A stretch of 63,349 nucleotides of DNA, the filler included, from Reticulomyxa filosa (lineage: Eukaryota > Protista > Foraminifera): NCBI GenBank assembly GCA_000512085.1. It is 21 parts of 21 records of this genome, joined end to end, with 100 filler letters (N's around TTAATTAATTAA, not from the genome) between each part and the next. Parts side by side here need not be neighbours in the genome. Positions count along the whole stretch, not along the records: positions 12,291 to 17,359 come from ASPP01037175.1; positions 17,460 to 26,746 come from ASPP01022531.1; 19 more parts are not named here. One strand, 5' to 3'. The notes beneath the pieces are model-generated. The model was given only the letters and a program-made list of their open reading frames with translations, was not told where the DNA came from and made no database searches. Made by a program: the position numbers and the translations under genes. This document shows, in pieces, positions 13,809 through 26,400 of the stretch (position 1 is the first letter of the stretch; every line of letters starts with the position of its first letter).

Positions 13809-15181
13809 ATGTCATCAGCACCACAGAGTAATGATGCAACGTTACCCACCAATGAACAAATAATGATTATGAGCCAGGAAACCTTGAGACAACAGTTAGC
13901 TGAATTATGCGAAGTTGTGAAGGATAACGAATCGGTGGTATCTTCAAGATTGAGATTATCTGCACATTGCAAAATATTGAAAGCAAATGGCAACAAGATG
14001 GAAAACGATAATACGAAGTTGTTAACGGAGAGCCAGTATGTGCATAATTTGGAGAATGATGCTAAAGATAATTTGAATCTTGCATCAGTATTGAATGCTG
14101 ACAGTGATGATGAAATATCGTTGAGAAGGCAATTGTCGACTTTGCAAAAACAGATCACGAAATTAGATTATTCGTTGAAAGAAAAAGTTTCACTGATGAG
14201 ACATCAACATGTGGATATCGGTGTAAGTTCAAGTATGGAACTGGACGCGCCTTATGGAATACCAATATTAAGTGAAAGACCTTATATTGGCAGATCAATG
14301 AATGGTAATGAAGACCAGGAAATTGCATGTGGTGACGACAATACATTAAGGTTGGCAATGTAGGCAAATAATTGCTTTCGACAACTCTTTAATGGAAACA
14401 GAAATGATTTTCCTCGTTGGCGACGACAATTTTTAGCTTGGAAATCTACATATCAAGTACCTGATAAATTTTGTCAGATGTATGTGTTGTCACAGTGTTT
14501 GTCTCAAAATCGAAATGTTTCCGTTGACAAAGGGACAAGAAATGAAACAAATTTAACAAATAAAACAAGCAACAAGAGACAATGTAATGACGAATGTTGG
14601 CGATGCGGTGGTCATGGACATAAGAAACGTGAGTGTATTCGAGAGAAACAAGAAATACGAATACTCGAGAAACAAACAACTAACGATCCAAATATTGAAC
14701 ACATCCTCCCAATGCTTGTTATTGACAACGTAATGGAAAGACAGGATGCAATCGAAATCTGGTTACAAACTATAGAAATATGATATATCAAAGCTATAAC
14801 AGATACATGTGCTTCTATATGTGCAACCAACGAACGGATTGCAAACCAATTTCGTCGATTGCTAACTAAAGACTCTAGAGCCTTTGATATAGCGCATGCA
14901 TGTGGTCAACATTACAAGAAAAGTTGGAGTTAACATTAAGCAATCCAGAAAATAAAGATATGAAGGCTTTCAAGGAACATTTTTATGTTGTTCCAAATCT
15001 ACCTCATAATTTTATTTTATCCAGAAGTTCATTGAGTCAGCTGGGTTATGCGTTGAGGCTGGAGCATGAAAAATTTGAACATATACAATCGGATGAAATG
15101 TTGGAAGATCAAGATTTGGAATCGGTTGTTAGTGTCAAAGCAGAAGATACAGACGCAAAAATTATCAATAACAAAGAGTAA
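13809..15181 (+). pseudogene. gag: gag-protease remnant
   Basis: One frame with TAG (14361) and TGA (14781): coiled coil, FNGNRNDFPRWRRQF capsid-like motif, CWRCGGHGHKKREC zinc knuckle, AITDTCAS (degenerate DTGA protease site). Frameshifted FYVVPNLPHNFILSR protease C-terminus follows. Confidence 0.85.
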
Positions 15182-15316
15182 GCGAATATGGAGCATGCAT
15201 CACCAACTTCAGACTAGTATATTGATACTGCGGAGATACAAAAAAAAATCGAATGCCATAATATTGACATTGAAACAATCACACAAAATAAACTGGTAGA
15301 GTCATCGTATGAGCCA

Positions 15317-15661
15317 TTGCAAGAGTACAAATGTACTACACAAAAACAATTTCAATTTGTTAGTGATGAAGCATTATTGGCACAAAGAAAATACAACACC
15401 GATCGTATAAGATACAGTTTTGAAATCGGAGATTCTGTTCTATTGTTTGTAGGGGACCAGATAGTATGTATCAAATCAAAATTGTTGCCAAAATTCGTTT
15501 GCCCGTATACAATTAGTCAACGCATGGGCCCATTAACTCTTAAGATCACGAGTGAACACAGCTTTGAAAAGGTTGTGCATGTGTCAAAGTTGCGAAAATT
15601 GTACATTGAAAATGGAAACAACGAGTCTGAAGCATTGGCCGAAGAACTTCCTCCATTTGAA
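15317..15661 (+). pseudogene. Integrase C-terminal GPY/F module remnant
   Basis: FEIGDSVLL...KLLPKFVCPYTI...VVHVSKLRK, typical of Ty3/gypsy. Confidence 0.85.
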
Positions 15662-15774
15662 CCTTTTTGTCATTATTCTCTTTAATTTACTTTACTTTTA
15701 CTGAAATTGTTCTTTTGGAACTAAGTTCCTTTCGTATTACATTTAGTGCAGTTCTCCACAGTAGACTCCCCACA
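15662..15774 (+). repeat. 3' LTR, 5'-truncated (113 bp)
   Basis: Identical to 13662-13774; followed by the ATAT TSD. Confidence 0.92.
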
Positions 15775-15961
15775 ATATTTTTATCAATTCATTATCTATA
15801 TTCAATTTATTTGTGGCTGTAATGCTGATGGAATTGAATGTAAATATTAAAAAAAAGTAATATTGTTAATGCTCTGACTGATTTGTTCAGTCCATCCACC
15901 ACCATATTTAAAGTTGTAAGCTTGTTTGTTAATCAGATAACATGCTTTCTTCGAATGCATA

Positions 15962-16402
15962 ATATTAGAATATTTTGCATTTGTTTCAATAATTTTGACT
16001 AAATAAAATGAGTTCTTTTTCCCAACAAAAGCACTAACAAAGTTATTTAACATTAACACTTTGCAAAATCGAAAATATATCAAGATATGTTCGGACATTC
16101 TTTCAAATAATTTTTTTTTTTTTAGTAAAGATATTTACTTTAGAGAAAGTACTCAATCATTTTTCTTTTGTTTGTGTATGTGTGAATAAAAAAAAATTGT
16201 ATTAGTCTGGGTGAGACTTGCACTCACATCTATGCGAACAGCTGGTAAATTTTTGAACATATCTTAGATATATTTTTGGTTTTGCAAAGTGTTAATGTTG
16301 AATAACTTTGTTAGTACTTTTGTTGAAAAAAAACTCAATGCAAATTTCACAACTCACTTTATTTAGTCAAAATTATTGAAACAAAGGCAAAATATCGAAT
16401 AT
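15962..16402. mobile_element. Foldback/MITE-like element with ~130-bp imperfect inverted arms
   Basis: 15962-16092 is the reverse complement of 16256-16402 (e.g. TTTGTTTCAATAATTTTGACTAAATAAA and CATTAACACTTTGCAAAA), with one ~16-bp indel and a ~160-bp spacer. Confidence 0.75.
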
Positions 16403-16605
16403 CGGTTAGCATTATATAATCTTTTCTTCTTCAGTCTATTTTAAACAAATTATACGTAATAACAAAAAGATATTAACAATGTTGGAGTTTCTATTGCCGA
16501 TGAAAATAATTGATTTTTTTTATCAAGAGCAACAGAAGTTGTCAAAAATATTTTTGCAATATGAAAAATATAGTTGAACAATACGTGCTATTTTTTTAAA
16601 AAATT

Positions 16606-16817
16606 TGTAGGGAAAGTCCCTGTAATGCAATTTAAGTATTAAAGGAACGGGGGTTAAAACCTTCTTCAAACACAACTTGCTTTCGTCTCGTTGTTTTTTA
16701 CTCGTTTTCCTTATTGTGTTGTAATTATTTGTTGTTAATCTAATCCTTTTTACTAAAATTGATTTTTGGAACTAAATTCCTTCCATATTACACTTAGTCC
16801 GCCTCACTATCCCTACA
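16606..16817 (+). mobile_element. Solo LTR, same family as 13551
   Basis: TGTAGGGA...TCCCTACA inverted ends; flanks AATT/AGTT; shares the TTTTACTRAAATTG..TTTTGGAACTAARTTCCTT..TATTACAYTTAGT block with the full LTR. Confidence 0.85.
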
Positions 16818-17208
16818 AGTTTGTATTTATAATAAATTTTTTCACATAAATTTAATTTTTTTTAAGACTGCTTTCGTAACTTGCTGACTAGAATATCTCT
16901 ATTTCTTCTATTTCATAATTTTAATATGCACAAGGCACTGGAGTTGTATTGAAAACGGTTTCTTTATTTTAAACAATAATTTTCACAAACTCTTGATAGC
17001 CCTAGTTTTTCAAAATGTGATTGTCTTTGGTCACAGAAGACTAAACAAATATCGAAATTACTAAATATCTCTTTAGAAAGAGTACTAACTTTTTCTTATA
17101 TAGCTGTTTTCTAAACAATTTTTTCTTTGAACTTCAATTTTTAACCCAAATAAAAATTTGGGGTTAACTTTTTTTGTTATTACTGTTGTTATCTGTTTTA
17201 CTTTCGAT

Positions 17209-17305
17209 ATGGCACAAGCTCCTGAAACCAAAACACCAACATTCACTGGAACATGGGACGTAGAGTCTAGTGAAAATATGGACGAGTACTTAGACAAATC
17301 TGAAG
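17209..17305 (+). CDS. First exon of a fatty-acid-binding-protein (calycin/iLBP)-like gene, partial
   Basis: MAQAPETKTPTFTGTWDVESSENMDEYLDKSEG matches FxGxWxxxxSENFDEY[LM]; a phase-1 GT donor follows within the Gly codon. Contig ends at 17359. Confidence 0.65.
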
Positions 17306-17459
17306 GTTTTAGATTTTTTTTTGTTTTTTGTATGTGGTCAGCGTGATGAGATGCAGACANNNNNNNNNNNNNNNNNNNNNNNNNNNNNNNNNNNNNNNNN
17401 NNNTTAATTAATTAANNNNNNNNNNNNNNNNNNNNNNNNNNNNNNNNNNNNNNNNNNNN

Positions 17460-20400
17460 TTCTGGATTATTGTAAAATTTATATAACAAATTTTCTGACG
17501 ATACAATACGTGTCACCAAAAACAATTGAGGGATAGAACTATTGGTCGGACTATGTTCCTCTTTAATTTCGCGATCGATTTCTTCTGTTGGAGCAGGAGA
17601 TAATAGCGCTTTTTGCACTGAATTAGACTTTTTAAATTTGTTCAAAAATTGAAGGTAATGAGTTTCAATATCTTTTTCAAATTTCTCAATGCTTTGTGAA
17701 TTAACTTCGTCCATTTCATGAGGATACGTCTTGTTGAGCCACTGTGGAAGTCCACAAAACCAATCATGTAATGCCACACAAAGGAGCTCCTCCTTTATGA
17801 TCGTCATTTTCGATAACAACAAAAATCTGCCTTTTGTTTCTTTCCACAAACTAGACTCTTGCCCTTTCGAATTACTTATGTTTCTCAGCAACATTGTCAA
17901 AGAGTTCAATAATAATAATAATGTACAAGTTATTGGGGATATTTCTTCAATCTGCTTTTCATCTTTTTCGTTGCTATTTTATGACAAATATTTTTTTTTT
18001 GCAATCCATAATTTCAGTAAAATAAATCACAGATACATAAATGTGCATTATAACTCCTAACACACCTGTTGGCAATTTGTATATCTGCTTTTTCTTCTAT
18101 CATGGGCTCAGTATTGTCAATCATTGTGTCGCACCATGGGTCTGGACATTTTAGCACTTTTCGATTGGGTTGGTATTCTTTCACAAAGAAGGGATGCCGA
18201 TTTCGACAATAACAAGTTATAAATGTAGTTTTTGTTGCTTCAGTCTTTAATCGCTCACCTGGCTTGCGTTGTTTTTCAAATTCTTTGGGCTCATTCAACA
18301 AAAATTTAAACGGGTTTTCTGTGGAGAAAAAGAATAAACATTTAATACATTCAGATTTGAATTATCCCTTTTTGCAACAGACAAAGACAAAAAATTGGAC
18401 TATCTCTCCTAACTTTTCATGATCTGAAGGACTCCAAACCAATGAAAAGAGAGACGAGCAATGGCCTCATCGGTTGTATCGCTAAAATTTGACGACAGAA
18501 ACTTTGATTTTGGAGATAGCGACAACAATTTTCCAATGCAAGTTTCTTCCACTTGTGAAGTCATGAAATTCAAGTTTTGCAGGTACTCGAATATTTCTAT
18601 TTTTGTGTAAAAGATATTGAAAAAAATAATGTACTATCTCTTGGATGACATAATACATATAAATTTCTATATATGCATATATGTGTATATACGAAATACA
18701 TCAAGACACAAACTGGATAAACCCTTAGAATCCTCAGAATTGTTAGATAAAGCGCTCGATATTGATAGTGCTGCAGTTAACAAAGGAGGAATATCTTGTT
18801 TGTCGCCAGTGTAACAATTGTAGTTATTTGAAATTAGCTTTTGTTTGAAATACTTGAATTTTTTTCCAAAGGTATCATTGAATGGCTGCGAAAAATATTC
18901 GCGACGAGGTTGCTTCAATTGAGAAAAAACGTCGGCATTAGCGAATAGTAGAAAGTCCGTTTGAATCCATTTTTGGGAGAAGAATGCATGAGTCCAATCC
19001 ATATTTTTTAACATGCAACATTGTTTAATGAACCATATGTGTAAGTAATACTCATACTCATTCCATTTTTCGTCAAAATTTTTATTTTCCTGGAAATAAG
19101 TCAAATCCTTGCGAATCTTTTCTAGATGTGATCGGAATGTTGTATCTTCAGATGGATGCTCCAACACTACCATTTTTTTGGTCAAGGATAAAATATGTTT
19201 GGCCAGTTGTACTTTCAATTGTGAGACGACAGAGATCTTTTGATCTCGAGTACGAACTAATCGGTCTAGTGGAGATTCCTTAGTCTCTGCATTGGCATAT
19301 AATTTTTCGTTTACTCGATTCAGCATAAGATGTAACTCGGGGGAATCGTCAAAAATATGTGTCCATTTGTTCTCTACAAGTACTCTCAAAGCTTGTAACT
19401 TGAGCAAAGACTGGCATGAAGAGACGCGGATAAAGTCTTGAGGTTTAGAAAATATTATTTTAAGGACATATTGAAATACTTGTCCATTGTTTTTATCATA
19501 TACATCTTCTACTGTTTGGATAACATGTAACAAATCACGAATGAAATACAGACACGTCTGCGTCTCTGAGCCAGGGGTGATGATATGTTTGGTAGCAGAC
19601 TTAATAATCTCGGGGATAACATTGCTATCCTTTAAAAATCCATGTTTTACCAAATCCAGCATAGTAGCCAGGTCTTGGTTTTGATTAATTGTTGTTGTGG
19701 TAGAATTGTCCTTTCTCATGTGTTTGATTCCAAGAGTTTTCATATGAAGTTGTCGACATATGACCAAAAATTCTGTATGCATTTCTTCTTTTGGAGATGG
19801 CTGTTGTCGTAAGAACTTGAGGATGGCCTTTGTTGCATCACACGCAATATCCATTTTGGCAATGAATTCTGATTCTCCCTTTTGTGGGACATCTGTCAAG
19901 ATATACTTCGATAATATACATGACACATTGACTAATTTATTTAATGGCAATACCTCATCCGCTGATAATCCCTTCTTGAGATTTAACAATACAGTCTCAT
20001 CGTCGCAAAGAGATAAGAAGTGGACATACTTGGTGATAATAGATTTGAAATAATAGAAGATTGTCTCGATCAGTGGAATGCTTATTTCTTCATTTTGCAC
20101 GGTCAACTTGACCAAACAAAATACAATGCCTTTGATAATATCAGTTAATTGATCGTCCTCTTTCACTGACAAATACATATGAAAATTGCCACGAATCACA
20201 TCTTTTGCATAAAATTCACAATTTTCAGGACTGCATTCGGTTAACAGTTGAAGAGATTTTCCGTCTTCTTTCAAACTTTTGTTTAAATAATTAGAACCCT
20301 GCAATATCATGCCATTAGTTGCAACTTCGTTGTCATAGTCACTTCTTTTCGATTTGGATTTAACAAACGCTCCAAGTGCCTTATGACACCAAATGTGAAA

Positions 20401-23400
20401 ATTCCAACTAAATGGAAAGTCTGCTCGATAACTCACTTTCACTTTGCAAAGATGCAATTCTTCGTCAGATAATTCACCTTTATCGAATAATGGAACCAAC
20501 CGGTCATTTTCTGCACTTGCTACAAAAATATTTATCAATTGCTTGTTTTTATTTTTCATTGCCCAAAATATCGTCTTTGTGTATTTGATTATTGTTATTC
20601 CACATTTTTATATTTGTGGGAACAGCACAAACAAACAAAACATGTCAATCATACAATTTATCCTGAGTAAAACAAACAAACTTGAAAGTAGCAATTTTCA
20701 TAAAGCGATAATAGCACTCTGGTCCATCCCAAAGTAATAATATTATTTACCATTGTCTGATAAAGTTGAATAAAGCTATGATGAGATTCGCTTGGCTTTT
20801 TTGCCAGAATTTGTTCCACTTTTTTTTTTGTCATCTCGACAATACGTTGAAAAGGGATATTTTTCTTTAACACCCATCTCAGTCGTGTAACCATCATTGC
20901 TTGGATTTCCTTGGGCAGCAAGTTCTCCTTCAACTCAAATGGGACATTGAGAGATGACGGGAATTTCAAATAAAAGAAAGCGCGTTGTACCATTTTTTGC
21001 ATCTTATTATTGCGCAGAGTGCAAAATTACAAATGTGTCAGTAATAAAACAAACAAGCAAATTACATATATGCATATACATACATGTGCGTGTAATAAAT
21101 TACAATATAAACAAAAAACAACTTGATTGAATGAAGTATCTTTATCAAGCATGGCCGTTGGATCACATGTAACCACGTTTTTCAAGTGCAAAGGTGATCC
21201 GTGAGTTAAAGAATCGACGAAAGCAATTTTCCATTTTCTATTCAAAATTTTTTCACAAATGAAGGGATTATACATTTTCCCTCTCTTCTTTTGTTTATCC
21301 GAAGGACATTGCTCCAAAACTGTGAAAAAAAGATCGGAAATGGATTTTTTTGTCCCAAAGTATTGTGAACAATGAGAACAATTGATTTATCATGTTTAGT
21401 TTCCTCCTCGTCAGCGTCATAATACAAAGAATAAGCGGTTTCGAGGATGCACTTAGTTTGGAAAAATTGTGTTAAATCTTCGCCTTTGTGCTGATATTGC
21501 AAAATAAATTGGTCTTTACTGGTACTTTCAAAAAATTCTTTCACATCTTTTTCCAAATGATTCACTTTCATGTATTCACTGACACGCTTACTACGCCATT
21601 TTCGCTGAAAGGCATTGCATTCCAAGTCGCAGGTCAGAATTAACAACATTTCTTTATTGGAATTTTTCTTTGAAGCCTTCAAAACTTGTTCCTGGATATA
21701 TGCATTTGTTGTTGAATAAAACATACAACTACTTCTTTTACATACATGCATCTATACACACATATAAAAATGAGTCTTAACAAATGTCATAAACGGTTGG
21801 CCAACGTTATCCAAATTGAGCGACGACTTTATTACCAACTCCACAATTTTGGCTGGATGTCGCAGTGAAGAGAACAATTCTAACAATTGCGTCGTATCGT
21901 CTTGTTTTGAATCTTCAGCTTGATCATCACTTGTCAAGTCTAGTTGCTGTTGTGGGTGTATATAAATGATGGCCGAAGGAATGGTGTCCGAATTGTATCC
22001 GCAAAACAACTCAGATAATTCGCTTTCTTTGGAAAGGTGATATAATTTAATCAGACACTTTTTAAAGTCTTCTGCCTTTTTAGCATTAGTTGATGACAAT
22101 GACCCGACATGAGAAAGGCATTGTCTTTCGAAGCGTCCAAAGAATGCTTTTTGCATCTTATCATAGATGACAATCAATCAAAATTTTTTTGAAAGAAAAA
22201 TTTTTTTTAATGATTAACTGAATTCTGCATATCTTGTTCGGAAACAATGACAACACATTTAAACTGCTTTACAACCATACATTCTTTGCTCCGGCTCTCC
22301 ATTGCCATCCGACAAAATTGCTCTATATAAGTGTAAATATAATAAATGTGTGCACGGATATAATTGTAAAACAAAACAAAAACATGCACACTTTGAGCAT
22401 TTTTACGATATCTTTGATTAAGCATGTCGTAAAGACATTCGTGGATCGACTTCAAATTGTATAAAACAACTTTTTTTCCAGCTTCCATGCAATTGATCAC
22501 TTTGTGCAAATGGTCATAGCTTGTCATTGTAGCCGTGTCTGATGCAAATTTACTCTCAAATAGAAATACGGTATCCTCGTATGGTAATAGATTTTGATCC
22601 AACAACAATTGCCACGAGTATGGTTTATTACATATCACCAGACAGTGCCTGCAATCCTCATCTTTGAGATTCATTTCGATACATTTCAACGATCCCCAAC
22701 GGTTCATTAATTCCAATACTCCCTCTCCTATTTCTGATTTTAATATCACAGTTAAGTATTTTTGAAAATTTTCATTTTTGCAGCCACCCAAATTTCTCAT
22801 AATACCTTCCAATGCTTCCTTAGGTAATGGGTGATGCATATGATAGCGAATTAAGGCATAGAAATCTCGTCTCCCCAACCAATTCTCTTTGCAAAGCGAC
22901 GTTTGGTCTTTTTTTGGCGACGTTTGGTCTTTTTTTGGCGACGTTTGATCTTTTTTTGGCAACGTTTGCTCGTTTTTTGACATGCTTTTGTCCAATTTGT
23001 CGAATATACGAACAAGCAATTTTATTTCATTTACTGAAAATTTTGTATGTTTAGTGTTTTCTTTCAAAATTGCATTCGCAATATTTTCAATATCAGATTT
23101 GAGATTGTTTGGGATTTGATGCACAATGACACGATTCATTTTAGCAGCGTCCAAAGGCCGGTTGGATAATGCGACAAGTGAAATTCCGGGATTTTCCAAG
23201 AGATGATGCAATACTTTCAAGGGTGAATGTTTAGAACGCTCTGCCAAACCAATTTCATCCAACAATAGCATAGGCTTAATGGCCTTATCTTCAGAATGAC
23301 GTTGTGCCTGCTCCCATCTTTCTTTGATTCCAAAGGGTTTGCTCTCTTGAGTACATTGAAAATATACAACGTGAAGAGGCTTGATCTTCAAATTGATGCC

Positions 23401-26400
23401 TTGCTCTTGAAGGTTTTTTTGCAACTCTTTAATATTTGGTTCACTCAATCTATCTTTGAGAAGTTGGAATGCTAAAGTTTTTGACGTCCCAGGGTCTCCA
23501 ACTAAAACAACTGTAAATTTATAAGAATTACATACACCCAACAACGTGAATATACATTATGTTTATATTCACATATGTATAAATACTCAAAACTGGGAGT
23601 AGTGGTCACAATACATATAAATAACATAAACAATATCTCCTCCAATGCTTCAGTTTTTGCAATGATTTCTTTATTAAGAGAATAAAATGCCTCAGAAAAT
23701 TTTTTCATTTCTTTTTTCAAAATATCCAAAAAATTTTCGGTTTTCGTCGACATTTCTTTTATATAATTCTTTCTTTCGCTTTTTTTCAATCGAAAGTAAT
23801 AGCATATTCCTAATGAAACCACCAAACATTGTTTCATACAATCGGAATTACAGTCGCCAGTAACATAGTGATTCACAAGCCAAACAAAAATTTTTAAACA
23901 TCTCTCCACTCTCTCAAGGATACCATAGCCACATCCTGTAATTGGTGCGCACAAAATGTTGAGATCGGAAAATTTGTTCGGCTATGAAGTGTGCCTCCGA
24001 GTCAAATATCGTCTGTGCATGTGTTAACTCTTTTTTCCGATCTTTGGTCATTTCTGAAATATATTGACGTTCATCTAACTCGGACAATGACCCAAACTGC
24101 CAAAGATGTGCCTTTACAGTTTGACACAAAGGAAATACTCGATACACATATTTGATCAATGGATCTTTATGATACCAGGATTTTTCCTGAAGATTATGTT
24201 TACGTTCACGATAAGGATTACAAGCTGCAATAATTTTGATCTCCTTTGGTATTGCCACTCCATCGAGGGTATGGTTGCAAATCAATTCATTGAACCACCC
24301 AATATCCGGTGAAGTATTGAATTCATCTAAGAAAAGCCAAATCTCCTTTGCGTCATGTTCATTTTCTCTTTCTTTGGATTCATTAGAATCAGTGTCGTTT
24401 GATTGTTGTTCTAACATTGTCTTGCATTTCTCCACAAGTTCACGAATATGAGTCCTTTCAATTCCTCCATGGATATCCACGGCCTCCAATTTAATATCTG
24501 CTGCGCACGCAAGATACTTAATCAGCGCTGTTTTCCCACAGCCCCTGCAATACAAAAGCAAATGAAAATAACAATCTCAAAGATATTATACACATGTATG
24601 TTATATTACAATTGCCCTCCTCTCTCTATCCCTTTCAGCTTACTCTTCACTTACGTTTCGCCCATCAACACAGTCTATAATAAAAACGTAGAATATTTCC
24701 AAACAAAAAGAGATATTTGTATTAGAAATAAAGAATTGAATGCATTTGTTTTCAATATAATGCAATACTGGGAGATCGGATCTAATATTGAGAAGGATGG
24801 CCACCATTTTCAGAACGTTATCGTAAGTCAATACATAATGTTCAAATTCTCCTTCACACAATTTCTTCTTAATTTCGCCTCTCTTTTCCATTGGGGTACC
24901 CACTGCACGGCATAATACCTCAATACGTTCTTGCTTTGTTTCAAGAATGTTTTCGGTATTTGAAATACCCATGTTTGATTTCTATTTCATCACAATTCAT
25001 TTTTCATTCCATCTATGTTTGATTACATTTTTTTTTAACAAAAAGAAATGCATGCTCATTACCCCGAAAAATAAGTCTAGCATTTTATTTGTTTCTTTCC
25101 AAGAGATAAAGACAATGTTTGCTTGTTTTAAATCTTCACGCATTTTCTTATCCACCCCATCTTCATTTGGGACCAATAATGAAAGGGATCCTTTTTGCAC
25201 ATCACAAAACTTGTATTACAAAAAAATGTTGACACAATAAAAACACTTGTTTAAATTTCAATACCGTCACGATTGATCAGATAGAATGACTCAGAGCGTT
25301 TCAGCTTTTTGCACAAGCAGAATTGAGTGTCATCTTCTTTGATGTTTATATTCGCAATAAGTTCTTGAGCAATTGCAGTTGCACATTTAGTGGCTTCCTG
25401 CTTGTATTGGAATTGATGGCTGTACACCTTCTTGTTGGTAAGATATGTAGAATTGGCTAGAATTTTGAATTGAGTGAATAGAAACTTGAAGAGAATCGTG
25501 TAATTCAAAGGATATGACCGTATAGATTGTCCAAAAGAAGACTCCATAAAACTAATCATATCTTCACGGCTTAAATGGGCGATCTTATCCGGATCAATGT
25601 CAGGTGTCTCAGGAGAAATTCTTGAAGAGGAAGAGAACAAACCCCAAAAACCTGAGTTCTCAGATCTATCGAGGAAAAAAAGGATAATAAATGAGCAAAT
25701 ATAGAGAAATAAATGTAAGAGACAAAAACAACAAAAAAATCACAACTTTGATATTTCATTTAGTTCTTTTATCCATTTAACGCAATATTGTGCCTCCTCT
25801 CCAAAGTAGAATGGATTGTTGGATTCGCTTACAGCGATTGTGGGAAAATTAGATTGGGAAATAAAGTATACAAAATGTCTTTTGCATTGCCTTTCAACGA
25901 ATCAAATTGTGATGGAATTTCAATGAAAAAGGCCATATTTGGATTCACGTGAAAACTGGAGCAATCTGTATCAATGTGTTGCAAATATAATAATTGAAAC
26001 AGGAAATCATTTATATCTCGGTTGACACAAGACGATATGTCCAAATGATAAATCACCAAAGTGTCTTCAGATGATGCTGTTTGATGCTTCTTTTTTCGAA
26101 TGTTGTCCACATTTTCTTCCAAATTCTGATCAAATTTACAGGGATGATATTGCCAAAATGTATTTACTGTCCATTTCCAATCAATAGCGCTACTGTTGAG
26201 TCTCACACAAATGTTTTCTATTTTGCATTCCTTTTGATATTTTTCAATATCTTCTTGGATTTTCCACGTTTTTCCCATTCCAATATTGTTCGACGCATAC
26301 AATTGAATAAAAGGCTTTCGATTACTTTTGTCATGCAAAAATGAACTTAGTTGTTTGGTATATAGCTCCTCTTCCACATCGAATGAGTATATGCTTTCAT

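Larger units (their letters stand above)
13551..15774 (+). mobile_element. Internally deleted, non-autonomous Ty3/gypsy LTR retrotransposon
   Basis: 5' LTR TGTAGG...CCCCACA at 13551-13774. The 3' LTR remnant 15662-15774 is identical to 13662-13774. TSD ATAT on both sides. PBS-like TGGCACCCAC at 13777. Gag with CCHC knuckle, protease and integrase C-terminus are present; RT, RNase H and the integrase core are absent. Confidence 0.93.

Noticed and set aside
14361-14783. In-frame TAG/TGA in gag as programmed readthrough or an alternative genetic code
   Set aside because: The element also has frameshifts and a mutated protease site, and intact genes here end in TAA, TGA and TAG. Ordinary decay is simpler.
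13662-15774. Exactly 2000-bp offset between LTR copies
   Set aside because: Coincidence; the TSD and internal domains explain the repeat.
13085-16555. ~50-bp similarity between 13095-13143 and 16508-16550
   Set aside because: Short, AT-rich, no defined ends; cannot be classified.
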